Assembly (NCBI GenBank): GCA_003614675.1
Contig: ML002275.1
Coordinates: forward strand, 1-49,779
Reading direction: 5' to 3'
Origin: Dimargaris cristalligena
Lineage: Eukaryota
DNA length: 49,779 nucleotides
This document shows positions 1-11,347 of this stretch, piece by piece. The position numbers and the translations under genes were made by a program. Each line of letters starts with the position of its first letter. Position 1 is the first letter of the stretch. A model generated the notes under the pieces. The model saw only the letters and a program-made list of their open reading frames with translations. It searched no databases and was not told where the DNA came from.

Positions 1-1
1 C

Positions 2-1741
2 CAGGTCGACTGCCAGGCCGAAGCCGCCTTTTGCAACCAGGAACTCATCGACGGCTACCCCACCATGTTCGTTTACCGCAATGGCGTGAAAGTGGAGAAG
101 GTCGAGTACGGGGATCCCAACAAGTACGACCCCATCCTTAACTACGTCAAATTCATGGCCAATAAGCATATGGTCCCGGCGACGGAGACCGTTACTCCCG
201 GCGGGGCCACAACCACTGTCGCCGCCCTCGCCCCTGCCGCCGCCGCCACCGTCTCTTCCGGGGATACTGTCCCGGCCGTGGTGCCCTCTGTGGTCCAACC
301 AACCAACAAGACTCCCGCGCAACCCCTGGGTCCGTATAACCGCGAAGGCCGAAGCGTGGTACTTACCGAGGATAACTTCGAGTCCTTGATTAAGGACGGC
401 CCGTGGTTCATCAAATTCTACGCCCCCTGGTGCATCCACTGCCAACACCTGGCCCCGACCTGGGAGGCCTTGGCCAAGGAACTGGCCGGCGATATCCATG
501 TGGGTGAAGTGGACTGCATGAGCTTCGGCAGTTTCTGCAACAATAAGGGGATTACCGGCTATCCCACACTGACCTTCTACCTGGAAGGCTCTAGCGTGAA
601 CTTCAGCGGGGATCGCACAGTTGAGTCCCTAGCCAAGTTTGCCCGCGAGTCCTATGGTACCCGTCATAAGGAAGTGGAATCCCGTCACGAGCTGGACAAG
701 AGCACCGCGGGTTTGGACATGTGGTATCTGTACGTGTTCGACGGCCAGACGGACGCCAAATACCTGGAAACCATTCAGCGGGCCGCCCGGGCAACCTTTA
801 TGCAGTCCAGTTTGTTTACCAGCCAGGACGCCAACCTGCTGACCGGCAACTTCGCCATCCCCCGTGTGGGCCCTCTCCGCGCCAATGTACCCAGTCTCTG
901 GGCCTTCAAGGATGGCTACCTCCGCCCCTACCGCCAAGGTCTTAACGACTTTGACCGGATTAAGGCCTGGATGCAAAAGGAACGCTACTCCCTGCTTTCG
1001 CAGCTAACGACCCAGAACGCCGAGGAATTCTTTGACTCGGCCGATTTGGTGGTCATGTCCATCCTGGATACCGATACCCGTCGGGTCACCGCTGAACAAA
1101 TTGAGAACTGGAAAATGATGGCCCGCCAGGCCGCGGACGATATCGTGGTCATCCAGCACGGCGAGTCGGAGTTGAATCCCCCGCACCTCATCAAGGGCAG
1201 TGGGGCGGCCGCCCAGCAGGCCTCTCCCGCCGCCGCCGCGGGTACCGGTTTCAACGACTCCCCGCACCGCCGATTCCTGGGTCTGGGGGATAACGACCTA
1301 GGTCCCGAGGAAATTGTGGCCCAGAAGATTCGTGGCCAAACCATTCGCTTCGTCTGGCTGAGCATCGACACTTGGGACAAGTACCTGCACCGGGTGTTCG
1401 GGATGAGTCGGGCGGACCTGCCCAAGGTGGTACTCACCCGCCCCAAGGACGAGGTGTTCTTCGATCGCGACAGCGAAGGTTACCCCCTGTATCTGACCAA
1501 CAGTGAGGACCTGGTCAGTGCCGTCAAGGCCTCCATGGTTGACCGACTCCCCATCAGTTACACGTCGGGCTTCATCGTGGGATCGATCCGCAGCTCTTTC
1601 CGTCGGGTCTCGAACTCGTTTGCCTGGGCCGCCAGCCATCCCTTCACTTCACTATTCTTGGTGGGCGTGATTGGAGCCGTCATCTACTACTACATCAACG
1701 GCATTCCCGGCCACGTTTATAAGCCCAACAAGCTTGACTAG
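2..1741 (+). CDS. Membrane-anchored ER protein disulfide isomerase / thioredoxin-domain protein (Eps1-like), 5' end outside window
   Basis: Frame is open from base 2 (QVDCQAEAAFCNQELIDGYPTMFVY = end of an upstream thioredoxin domain). It is followed by a full thioredoxin domain with FIKFYAPWCIHC and GEVDC...GYPTL, inactive Trx-like domains, a C-terminal TM helix (FTSLFLVGVIGAVIYYYI) and a short Lys-containing tail (KPNKLD). Confidence 0.9.
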   Translation, partial: QVDCQAEAAFCNQELIDGYPTMFVYRNGVKVEKVEYGDPNKYDPILNYVKFMANKHMVPATETVTPGGATTTVAALAPAAAATVSSGDTVPAVVPSVVQPTNKTPAQPLGPYNREGRSVVLTEDNFESLIKDGPWFIKFYAPWCIHCQHLAPTWEALAKELAGDIHVGEVDCMSFGSFCNNKGITGYPTLTFYLEGSSVNFSGDRTVESLAKFARESYGTRHKEVESRHELDKSTAGLDMWYLYVFDGQTDAKYLETIQRAARATFMQSSLFTSQDANLLTGNFAIPRVGPLRANVPSLWAFKDGYLRPYRQGLNDFDRIKAWMQKERYSLLSQLTTQNAEEFFDSADLVVMSILDTDTRRVTAEQIENWKMMARQAADDIVVIQHGESELNPPHLIKGSGAAAQQASPAAAAGTGFNDSPHRRFLGLGDNDLGPEEIVAQKIRGQTIRFVWLSIDTWDKYLHRVFGMSRADLPKVVLTRPKDEVFFDRDSEGYPLYLTNSEDLVSAVKASMVDRLPISYTSGFIVGSIRSSFRRVSNSFAWAASHPFTSLFLVGVIGAVIYYYINGIPGHVYKPNKLD

Positions 1742-2498
1742 TCGAGGTATTCCACTCCCACCGGTTTACTCTTCGTTAAAACGGGAATTCTCCACTTTAT
1801 TAGGGTCCCCTGACCCTGTACGAATGTTCTTTCCGAGGCGTGTCTTCGTTTTCTTTATCTTTAGGATGATCTAACTAGTCGTGGTATGGGTGGACCTTCT
1901 CTACAAGCCCAAACGACCTCCTAGTTTCCATCATGCCCAATGCTTACCATTTAACGGCTATTTCAATTGTCCCACTTCTGGACTCCCTTGCCGCGTGTAG
2001 CTCTAGCGAGATATATACATCCGCTCCATTAGTTTCGTCCATGTCAATAAAAAATATAGGGCAAATTAAACCCATATGCTTTCTACGCTCTGCCCCCAGT
2101 ATTAAGAGGGTGAGTTCCCAAACAGGCTCCCATGTACTGTGTGTTCTTATGAAGAAAAAAATACTGTAGAAGGCGGAATATTTTCGACTGTTCTATTATC
2201 CAGGGTTATGCCCGAGTTTATTGGTTCCAACCTTTTTTGACTATTCGAATTCTTTCATTACGTTTCTTCTTCTTCTTCTTTAACCTTTCCAGGTCATTTA
2301 CATGGTTTCCTTAGACGTTGTCTAGATCGACGACCCGGGACCATTCTAATAGCAACAAGCGCCGAGTGGGATATACCACACAGTGTACCATTTTACTCCC
2401 TTCGGAAGCTCTTCAATCCAATTGCGCCTGCCGAACAGACCCACTACAGTCTCAGCATCACCCCCTCCTCTCCCGACACAAAAGTAATATATATATAA

Positions 2499-3288
2499 AT
2501 GGCCCAACACCCTAACCGCGTCGCCTTTAACGACGGCATGACCATTCTCCTCACCTCCTGGCCCGTTCTCAAATCGGCCGTCGACGAGGACTGGGGTGGC
2601 CCCGAGTCTTCGGCTAAGCGCGACTGGCTGATTGATACTCTGGTCACCTACATTGGCGATCGGGGTAACAAGACCGAGCCGGAAGACATTGAAGATGTTA
2701 TGCTGCAAATTCTCGAAGACGAGTTTGGCGTCACTATTGGCGACGAATCGGTATACGCGGTAAGTCTAGTCAACCTTACCACCACCACCTCTCGGAATAT
2801 TCTAACTATCATTTTGCTCATGTTTACTAAGAGCTCCCCACCTTAACCGTAGATGTAGGCATATGAGATCAACACTCTCGCAGACCCTTTGTAGCATTAT
2901 GAATACTATTCAAGAGCTAAATCGGGGTTATTTTTTGATACCCCTGCTAAAGTACTATTTTTCCCAACTACCTTGGTTTCTGCGTCTAATACCTCTGCTC
3001 TATTTTTTTTCATCCCCCTCTTATCAGCTGGCCAAATTCATAATACGCATGTATAAGGAGTGCATCGCAGGCAACCATACCATGGTCCAAAATCTCAAGG
3101 CCGAAGCCGAAAAGAAACGTGACGCCCTGCCACTTCTGACTGCCCAGCCCGGACCGGAGGACGATGCATCGGGGTCGGATTCGGAAACCGAGAGTGGATC
3201 CGAGGACGATGACAGCGAGATGGACGACAGTGACGAGGATAGCGAAGAGGACAGTGATGACGACCAAGACGAAATGAAAATTGAATAA
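2499..3288 (+). CDS. TSR2: Pre-rRNA-processing protein TSR2 (WGG domain); exons 2499-2759, 3028-3288; 173 aa
   Basis: Contains W-x-x-L-x-x-A-V-x-x-x-WGG-x-x-S-x-x-K-R-D-W and the EDEF..IGDES motif, plus an acidic tail. Intron 2760-3027 (GTAAGT...CAG, phase 0) joins the two ORFs in frame. Confidence 0.9.
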
Positions 3289-3780
3289 ACGATAGTCGTA
3301 CTCACAAGTCGATGCATCATATAAATTCATCTCCCTCCCGCTTGCTGCCACAGTAGGCTGCCATGCAATGGGAATACCAATAAAAATGAACTACCGTCTT
3401 CGGTTACCCGGTTATCGACGGTATGGCCCACCACTTATCTTGAAGGGGTGGGGGGGGAGGATCAGCTGCTATCTTGGAGAAAAAAGAGACGTGCCTCTCC
3501 TCTCCCCCGAAACAGTCGACTATCTCGTTCTCCAACTGACCGCGTGTAGGGGTGTTGCTGTGGGAGACTAGTATCATTTTTTTATTTAGGGTTTATTTGA
3601 ACAGACAGTAAATACACGGAACCTGTCAACATTCAAATGATTGAGTGGGAAGAAAGGTAGTAATGACTGGCCGATCAGTTGGAGGGCTTAGTTTTTATTC
3701 CAGGTCGGCTAGTCATTGTCCGAATGTTGACCACCCCCTTTTCTCCGACTCTTATCCCTTCTCTGCATTGCCTCTCCTAC

Positions 3781-4078
3781 TGTAATGGGGGGGGTCGCGG
3801 TGGACCGGGGATTTACCAATAGTGCTTCGATCCGAGGGGGTAGGAGGTAATTTTGAGGAAGTTTCTAGTGGAAGCCAATTAATGGAATTATAATTAGTAT
3901 TTTATTGAAACACGATCTTTTTCCGCTCTCGGGTTAATTTTGTTATTTTATACTTTCGGTTCAGTCGTGGTTTTCGCGACAACAGCTATTGCACGAGCTC
4001 CACTCGGCGTGGGCCTGGATAGGCTCTGGTCACGTGATAGCGGGGTTTGTCGGGACGGGGACTCGTCGCGCGGTTGCA
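3781..4078 (-). mobile_element. Solo LTR (298 bp) of an LTR retrotransposon
   Basis: Termini TGTAA...TTGCA (TG..CA) with a 4-bp direct repeat CTAC on both flanks (3777-3780, 4079-4082). On the minus strand TATAAAA is followed by AAAAGATC..TGTTTCAATAAAATACT (TATA then polyA signal), a block shared with 37700-38013. Confidence 0.7.
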
Positions 4079-5564
4079 CTACCCCTAATATATATATATA
4101 TATATATAAATACATGTTGATAATTACCGGTATTTTAATGTACGTTTAAACTGATGTTATCTCATTAAAAATGAACCTCCTCTGTCCCCATCGGGGGGAG
4201 GACCCTGATAATGTGCCAGCTAATAAATGCCTAATATTGACACAGGCGCGCGGCTGGGCCGCCCCCCGTTAATAAGAATAATACTTTGTGCGACATGGGA
4301 TTTGGGAAACCGAGCTGGCTGATCAGCCAGAGAAAATGGCGGCAGTCGGCCATCTCCCCCATTATTACGTTTGGCCATTATTCTCCGTTTCCCCTCGCTC
4401 TCTCGGTTTCTCCACCCTCATGGTCCAGCCTCCTCGTCCCGCTTAGACACCCCCCCTCCACATTCATGCCCGCCATGTCCACACCACTCCAATCACTGTT
4501 CACGAAGTGTGACTATGCATGGTGGGATGACCATAGCGTTGGAAAACTGCCGGATTGGGATTTGAACCCTCTGAGGGGGGATGGCGGGTCGATTTAATCC
4601 ATTCCAATATATAATACCTTCCGCTATAGGTTTGATGCCATCTGCGACACCTGTGCTGTGGGCACTTCTCAGCAAATGACTCAAAAGAATCACTTCAATC
4701 CCTTTTTGCCCCCTTCCTCCTCCCCTAGGGTAATGTAATATAAATCGATGCGGTGTTGACTGCAGTTGGTCTAATTGGCGCGTTAAGTTTGGTCAGGCCC
4801 ACCGCAATAAGTTGGACAAGTAAATAATATTCTAGCGTCACTGGGCGGTATTTCGAGCATCGGTGGACGGGCATTAGATAACGGTTGGATCCATGCGGCT
4901 AAGTTAGTCGAGTGTCTGCCCCAACTCTTTCCACGGGAGCAAGTGGGTTAATTCCGATTTCTTTGGGGGGTTGTGGCCCCCTCACTCACGGAAGGAATTA
5001 TAGCCCCGACTCCGCGTATCTCTCTCTATATTTGGCGTGTTTAAGGTGCGGAAGCAAGTGTATAGTATGGGCGAATAGAAAAGGTCTGCCCTGCGAAAAT
5101 AAAAACCTAGTATATAGGCCATAGGAAGGCTACACTTTACAATTGCGCCATTTAATCGGGGGGTACCCGCCGACTAGAATATCCCAAAGGGATGGTTTTT
5201 TGCTGATCATTCGATGGTAGTGGAAACGGGGGTAGCCGTCACTCCCTCTGCCACCGTCAAAGCAGCACCCTTATTCCCTTTGTGGCCCATTATTGGGAGC
5301 TGAGAAATAGAACACGGTGTGTCAGCCGGGGGAGGGGTGGGGTGGACATTCGCTTACCACCGGTTGGTAAATTTTAAGGGATTCTTCAATGATTTTATTT
5401 TTTAAAAAAAAGGGCATCCTAAACGGGGAATTCGGACGTACCGTTCCTGCAATCAACTCTTTTGGTCCACCGTTAAAGGGCGGGGGTTGGAAATGAGAGG
5501 GGGGAGGGGCGGGAAGTACATTAGTACGTTCGGAACTATACGACACCTTCAGGGAATGGTGAAA

Positions 5565-5580
5565 GGGGGGGGGGGGGGGG
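5565..5580. repeat. G16 homopolymer
   Basis: Direct reading of the sequence. Confidence 0.9.
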
Positions 5581-8500
5581 TAGGGTGACTCTATACAGCC
5601 CTAATGGGGGAACCCATTTGGTTAAATATCTTAGGGGTATTTCCTTTCGTTTTTGCCCTTCCCGCGTGGGCGTTCAATGTGATGAACAACCTAAATACTG
5701 GCCGATCAGTTGGAAGGCATTCGGTGGGTTACGCTTTTTGCAATAAATGAGTTCATCCATGGGTTATGTGGTCTGGTCAATATTAGAATCTAACCTTCCC
5801 CTGGTCGATGTAAATATATTTGTGCCATGGGAAGTGAATTGGTTCCGTCGCCAGTGCAATAGACTGCTCCCTTGGCTTGGTTGACGGAATATATCTTGTA
5901 CCAAAGCTCGGTGAATCTAGGCTGGGCTATGCCACTAACTCGAGATAGTTATAGTGAACATAGTGTTTGGGTCACCCTCTCTAGCATATCAATATTCCGC
6001 CAGCCGTTTTACCGAGATGCTAGAAAGAGTGAGAGTTGGGCTGTTTTAACAGCGGCCTACTCCCTACCCAATGGATTCGCCAAGCATCACCCCAAACATT
6101 CGTCAGTACCACTCGACCCCCCCCTCTTCACCCCCCATTTCTTCCACAGTTGTTTCTTTGGAAGCATACTTACCGCCTATCCTGAAGGCGTTCTCGTATC
6201 TCTCCGTCCACTAATGACGATCATTTCCGACTGTCTTCAAGAACCTACCCGACACCGCCACACTAACCCTGGGCACCATTTTGAGCCCTTTATTACTGTA
6301 CATCCCCATAAAAAGACCCACGCCTGTTACTTTTGGTGTAAAGTTCATGATGGCCACAGTCTAGTCAAAATGGATTGCCCCTCTCCTTATTCGGGATGAA
6401 CCCGCGATTAAACGAATATTCTCAGGCGCAGACGGATTACCAGTATTATCGCCTTATTAAACTTTTTCCTCCAGTTTTCGAGCGAGAGAGAGAGAGGGAG
6501 GGAGGAAGAGAAGAAAAAACAATAAAACCAATTGGTCTAAATCCCAGTCCATGGTGACACACTCACGGAACACTAAGATGAAATTTGCGCTCTATCGGAG
6601 TATGGCCAATTTGGGAGGCCAGAATAATGGGTAACACACTACGGGTTACCTTGACCCTTGAAAAGGAGGGGGGTGTATATATATGTGTGTGTGTGTGTGT
6701 GTGGATTGATGAACCCAGCACTTGGTGTAACTAGGGATCTCTAAATTTAGTGGAAGGTAAATAAAGAGTAGTGAGCGAGAAGGAGAAGGCGAAAGTGAAT
6801 GAAGGAGTAATTATACCATTAGAGGTTATCGTACGATTTGAAGTTGGAAAATGGTGGATGCAGCACATATGCAACGACTTGCTTTAGTTTCATTGTCCAC
6901 TGGGACGATGGCCGCGGCCACTATTACCGTCCCCTCTCGTATAGGCGCACTCCTGCACCTGCACACCCACACATATTCATGATGGTGGTGACCCGCCTAA
7001 GCGATGTAGCCCCCCCTCCCCACCCACTCAGTTTATGGCGGGTAAATACCCCGGTTCATTCACACTGTATGCCCCCCATTCTCAAGATGGATAATGGGTA
7101 AAGTGGACTTGTTGGGGGAGGAGGAGGCGTATGCGTGGATGCAGCCGGGGCTAATGGAGCCCCGAATGCTATTGTTCATAAAACCCGGCAGTGCGTTAGG
7201 TCCACATTGGTTACCGATAGGGGTAATAGTGAAGGCCATGGAGGGGGAAGAGGAGATCTATGCTAAACAAAAAGCCATCAGCGACGCTCTCCTGCACTTC
7301 TGACGCACAGCCCAGCCCCGCCAGCAGGATGATGTACCGGGGTAAATGAGCTGACTCGTGAAAAGTGACTACTGGCCAGCAGTGTGGGCCGTTATTAGTG
7401 GCGGCGGGTTAAGCCAGCCTAACTGAGCAATGTGGTTAAATCGGGCATGTGGTGATTGGAGGAGGCGGGTCAACGGATTGCATTTACAATGGCAGGCTCT
7501 CTTCAAACCCTCCCCCCCCTATCCATCGACCCAGAGTCATTGACCATAAGGCTTATGGTGGTTAACTAGGCTAGGCCCAATCGGGCGTAACCGAGGTGAA
7601 GGGGGAGGGAGAATACTAGCCGCGGCAATCCAAGATTTAAAAAAGTTGCACAAATTCGGCAATTGAAGTTTCTGGGGGTCTGAAACTTGTCACCGCAAAT
7701 CCCAGTATCGTCGTGTAACGGCATAACGGAGAAGAACCATAACCAGCTATCCGACTTTAACTTTCGGTTATTGGGGAATCCCCTACCTATGTAACCGAGC
7801 TCAAGGGCGGTGTAGCAGTGGCCAGAAGAGACACAGGGCCCAGTACATCACATATATTGACGCACTTCCCATTATAGAATTTGGTGCTCCACTCTGTTAA
7901 AATTATCATTTAATTAACATGGACGCAAGATAAATAACTGTCTGGAGACCCGAAATAAGGGGCTTGGTGAAACAACAGGGCCGCAATTAAGTCTAGACCG
8001 CGGATTTATGGGGAAGATAGAGGGGGATTGAAAAAAAGTAATAAAAAGGGAGAAGGGGTCACGCTCGCCATGTATTGGAGGATAAGAACCAATAGTCTTA
8101 GTATCGGCCATTTATTGAACCTAGGGCAGAGTCTATGACTTCCGCGGTACCACCGCAACTTCCACATTTAGCTGCATTAAAATGATGTGGGCATTTTACG
8201 GTGGCTCGGACAGCGATGTGCTAAATTCATTAATACTCTCTTCCAACGATGAAAGTCGATGCTTACGGTAAAGTCCGATACGCTAATACGACTGAATTAA
8301 CCGCCAATGTCTTCAAGAATATGGGTAAATGGGACATCCGCCTTCCCTCCCTTCCCATATTCATCTCGTCTTTATTGGTAACCTGTGTTCCCCTCACTTT
8401 GCATCCCCTCCTCCTTCCTCATTTCTCCTTAGCCGGGGTTTTATGGGAGGCGCTGCAATCTCGTCATAATGCACCTAAAATGAATAATCACCCCCTTTAG

Positions 8501-8723
8501 ATATGCGTGGAATAGGTTCACTGTAGTATGCCCATTTCACGGCAGCTGTGGTGTTTCAGGTTAGGTGACTGCACCCACTAGTATCCATGTCCGCCGCTAG
8601 TTTCATGTTAGTGCATAACCGGCCGGTTGGACTGGACGGGGAGAAGGGGAGTCGTCATCCACCTTTACTTCAGACCGGATGATTTTTGCGGCGTAGCCGG
8701 GAGCGGCCATTTTGAAAGCAAAC

Positions 8724-9009
8724 ATATGGGTGGAATTCGGCCCAGCTATATAAGGGTTTACATTATACGTGTATGGGAAAATATATGGGAAATGTATTGT
8801 TAACTAGTAATATTGGCTGAATCTAATGGATTTTTCGTTATACAGCTTGGATGAACTTCTCGCATATGGATAAAATTCAAACCAACCATATATAAGGGTT
8901 TACATAATACATATATGGGCGAAAATATGTGAGAATGGCTTTTAACCAGTAATATTGGCCTCATCCAATGGATTTTTCCCTTTACAGCCTGAATGAACTT
9001 CTCACATAC
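8724..9009 (+). mobile_element. Head-to-tail tandem pair of ~140-bp MITE (copies 1 and 2: 8724-8867, 8864-9009)
   Basis: Both units match the dispersed family ATAT-GGATGAAATTCAAACCAGCTGTATAA...TTATACAGCCTGAATGAACTTCTCCC-ATAT and share one ATAT at 8864-8867. Confidence 0.85.
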
Positions 9010-10229
9010 GATAGTCAACCAGCAGCGTGGCGAAAACAAATTTGCCCAAAGAGTATATAATGAGGAACGGCATTAGTCAGCCCCCCTTCCACACTGAGGA
9101 AATGGGTGTAGATACAAAGGGGGCTGGGTAGACCTTGGGACTGTTAGCCAGGAGGTCGCAACGATGCTATAGACCTTGTTTAATGTAATGGACCGGTTTC
9201 AACTATTGCGTACAAAAATTGTTCGGATATACTGCGGAAGCAAGTATCGGCAAATACAGAGTGTACTCTGCCGGGTCATTACACCGACGACATTAAAGAT
9301 GGCAATGAACTAACTGGTCACTCATATACTAGTGTGTAGTAAATACTAGACCCATGTCCTATTATGAGGCTGGTGGGGCGTTTGATGTTTATCCGAAATC
9401 CTCTCCATCGGTTGTAGACCCGCCCTATCAACATGATGGTAGGGAAACCATGGAATGTGAGGCCGGTTTCTCGGCCCAACTTCTTGTCCTTATCGCTTCA
9501 ATCGCAGCGACCACCCACGACTTCCGACTACTTCATTCCAACGGGCACTGCCTCGCCCCTGCCAAATAATGGAGCTGTGTACGCACATGTGGGTCGTACC
9601 ATTTGACCTCACACCCTCTCGGGGCCACCGCTTCGGTACAATCACCTTAGATGCAATCTTATACCGCCGGCCCACCTCTGCGCCCAATGACACGTTAATC
9701 ACCCACCTCCGGTTGGCTGGCGGCCAAACGACCACGCCATTTCAACCTTACCTATTTTATCCGGAGTATGGAAGTAAGACATGCATGTAGTACCCCGGTT
9801 GATATACGGGGGCTTAAAACCAAAAATAAAAGAAAAATGGAACTTTAATACATTAGTAAACCATCAGTTCGGGTTCGTTTAGGTTATCCTGTGGTTTATA
9901 CTACTTCTGTTAGCCCCCCTTGGCCTGCTTATCCACACCCACCCACACTCACACTCACACACATACTTGAGCCTAATTAGATAGAGAGGAGGTATTGTAG
10001 TTGGACAATAATCAAGGAGTTTACTGCAACGGACAGGGGCGTTGTGGTCAAAAAGATGGTGTCGAAATATTGTGGGCAAAATGGACCAGTGTAACGGTAA
10101 TTTATTCCGACCGATGGCCGGGTCCAAGCTACCGCGTCTCTGCCGGACCCTCCGGTATGGTGTCAATGGTATACCATTACAGGCAAATTCCGGCGCCAGG
10201 GCCATCCATGGAAGACACATTACTGACCG

Positions 10230-10373
10230 ATATGGATGAAATTCAAACCAGCTGTATAAGGTTTTACATAATACATGTATCGGCAAATGTATATGGGAAT
10301 AGCTTTTAACTAGTAATGTTGACCTCACCCAATGGATTTTTCATTATACAGCCTGAATGAACTTCTCCCATAT
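10230..10373 (+). mobile_element. MITE copy 3
   Basis: Imperfect terminal inverted repeats, ATAT on both sides, and high similarity to the five other copies. Confidence 0.88.
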
Positions 10374-11020
10374 GTACTTTTGAAGCTACACACAATTATA
10401 CTGTGCCTAAGCCCAATCTGTTTAAGGAACTGACGATGGACCTTGGGCGTACGCGGTCTGTTTCTCCCTCTCACCTATTCGAGTCGGCTTTTGTATCTAT
10501 CCAATTTTCGGAAGTCCATTACAATACCTACCCCGCGGGGTAAGCGCTACGCCGTACCTTATAAAAGGGATAAGTAACGATGACGCCGCCCATGCCTGCT
10601 TTCTAAAGCAATGTAATTAACCTGTTTTGCCGACATTCGTCACTTCCTTACCCCACTACAAAAACAAAAGAAAAAACGTCTCATCTCTAGTCATTTCATT
10701 ATCAATCATACACTTACTTACAGGTTAATGTACCATATACAATTATGCTGTAAACAAATCATTCTCAGGCAATAACGAGTGCCACACCTTCCCCTTTTCC
10801 CCTAACGGTTCACCGAAAGCACAGTAGTATTCGGGATTATTGTTTTTCTTATTTCCTGGCAATACCTCCTGTTCTACACGCACCCCCTTATTCCTATTCC
10901 GCCTTTATTACAGCACGCTCCCCCCGCCGAAAAATTCGATTATTAAACCCCTCTCACGCCTGCCATTTCCGGGTATATCCCCTCCCTCCCCCCACACATT
11001 CACCCCCTGCTCTTGCAATC

Positions 11021-11347
11021 ATGAAAGTATCTCTACATTCGCCCTGCTCTGCCCCTTCCTTTTGGACAAGTCCGCCGACTTCCCACTTTGAGCCAAATGC
11101 TCCTCGAAACTCCCCCAGTCCCAGTCCCAGCCCCAGCCCCAAACCCTGCCCTAGCTCAACTACCTCCCAGTCGCGCCATCAGAGTTCATCAACTGTGCAC
11201 TTCATTGCTTACGGTAAACAGGCGCCGGTAGGTACACCGACTACCGCCAATTTACGACTGGTCACCTCCCCCATAACCTCGGGCCCTCCGCCACGATCGC
11301 CACCCAAGCCACCCGTCATGACATCTAAATTGGTAAGCACCCCTTGA
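11021..11347 (+). CDS. Possible small Ser/Pro-rich ORF or orphan first exon (hypothetical)
   Basis: ATG follows a pyrimidine-rich leader. It encodes an (SP)n low-complexity peptide with a GTAAGC donor-like site just before the stop. No downstream exon or homology was recognised. Confidence 0.25.
   Translation: MKVSLHSPCSAPSFWTSPPTSHFEPNAPRNSPSPSPSPSPKPCPSSTTSQSRHQSSSTVHFIAYGKQAPVGTPTTANLRLVTSPITSGPPPRSPPKPPVMTSKLVSTP

Noticed and set aside
4548-4640. tRNA-like B-box GGTTCAAATCC on the minus strand
   Set aside because: The T-stem is imperfect, and no acceptor, D or anticodon arm can be built.
5872-6399. 175-aa ORF in the gene-poor region
   Set aside because: Non-ATG start, no codon bias like that of the real genes, and no recognisable motif.
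8724-10373. Repeated units as a CRISPR array or as small ORFs (MRPILLVKS...)
   Set aside because: The units are ~140 bp, dispersed, carry TIRs and sit in a eukaryotic genome. The similar short ORFs at 8800, 9879 and 44447 are translations of the MITE.
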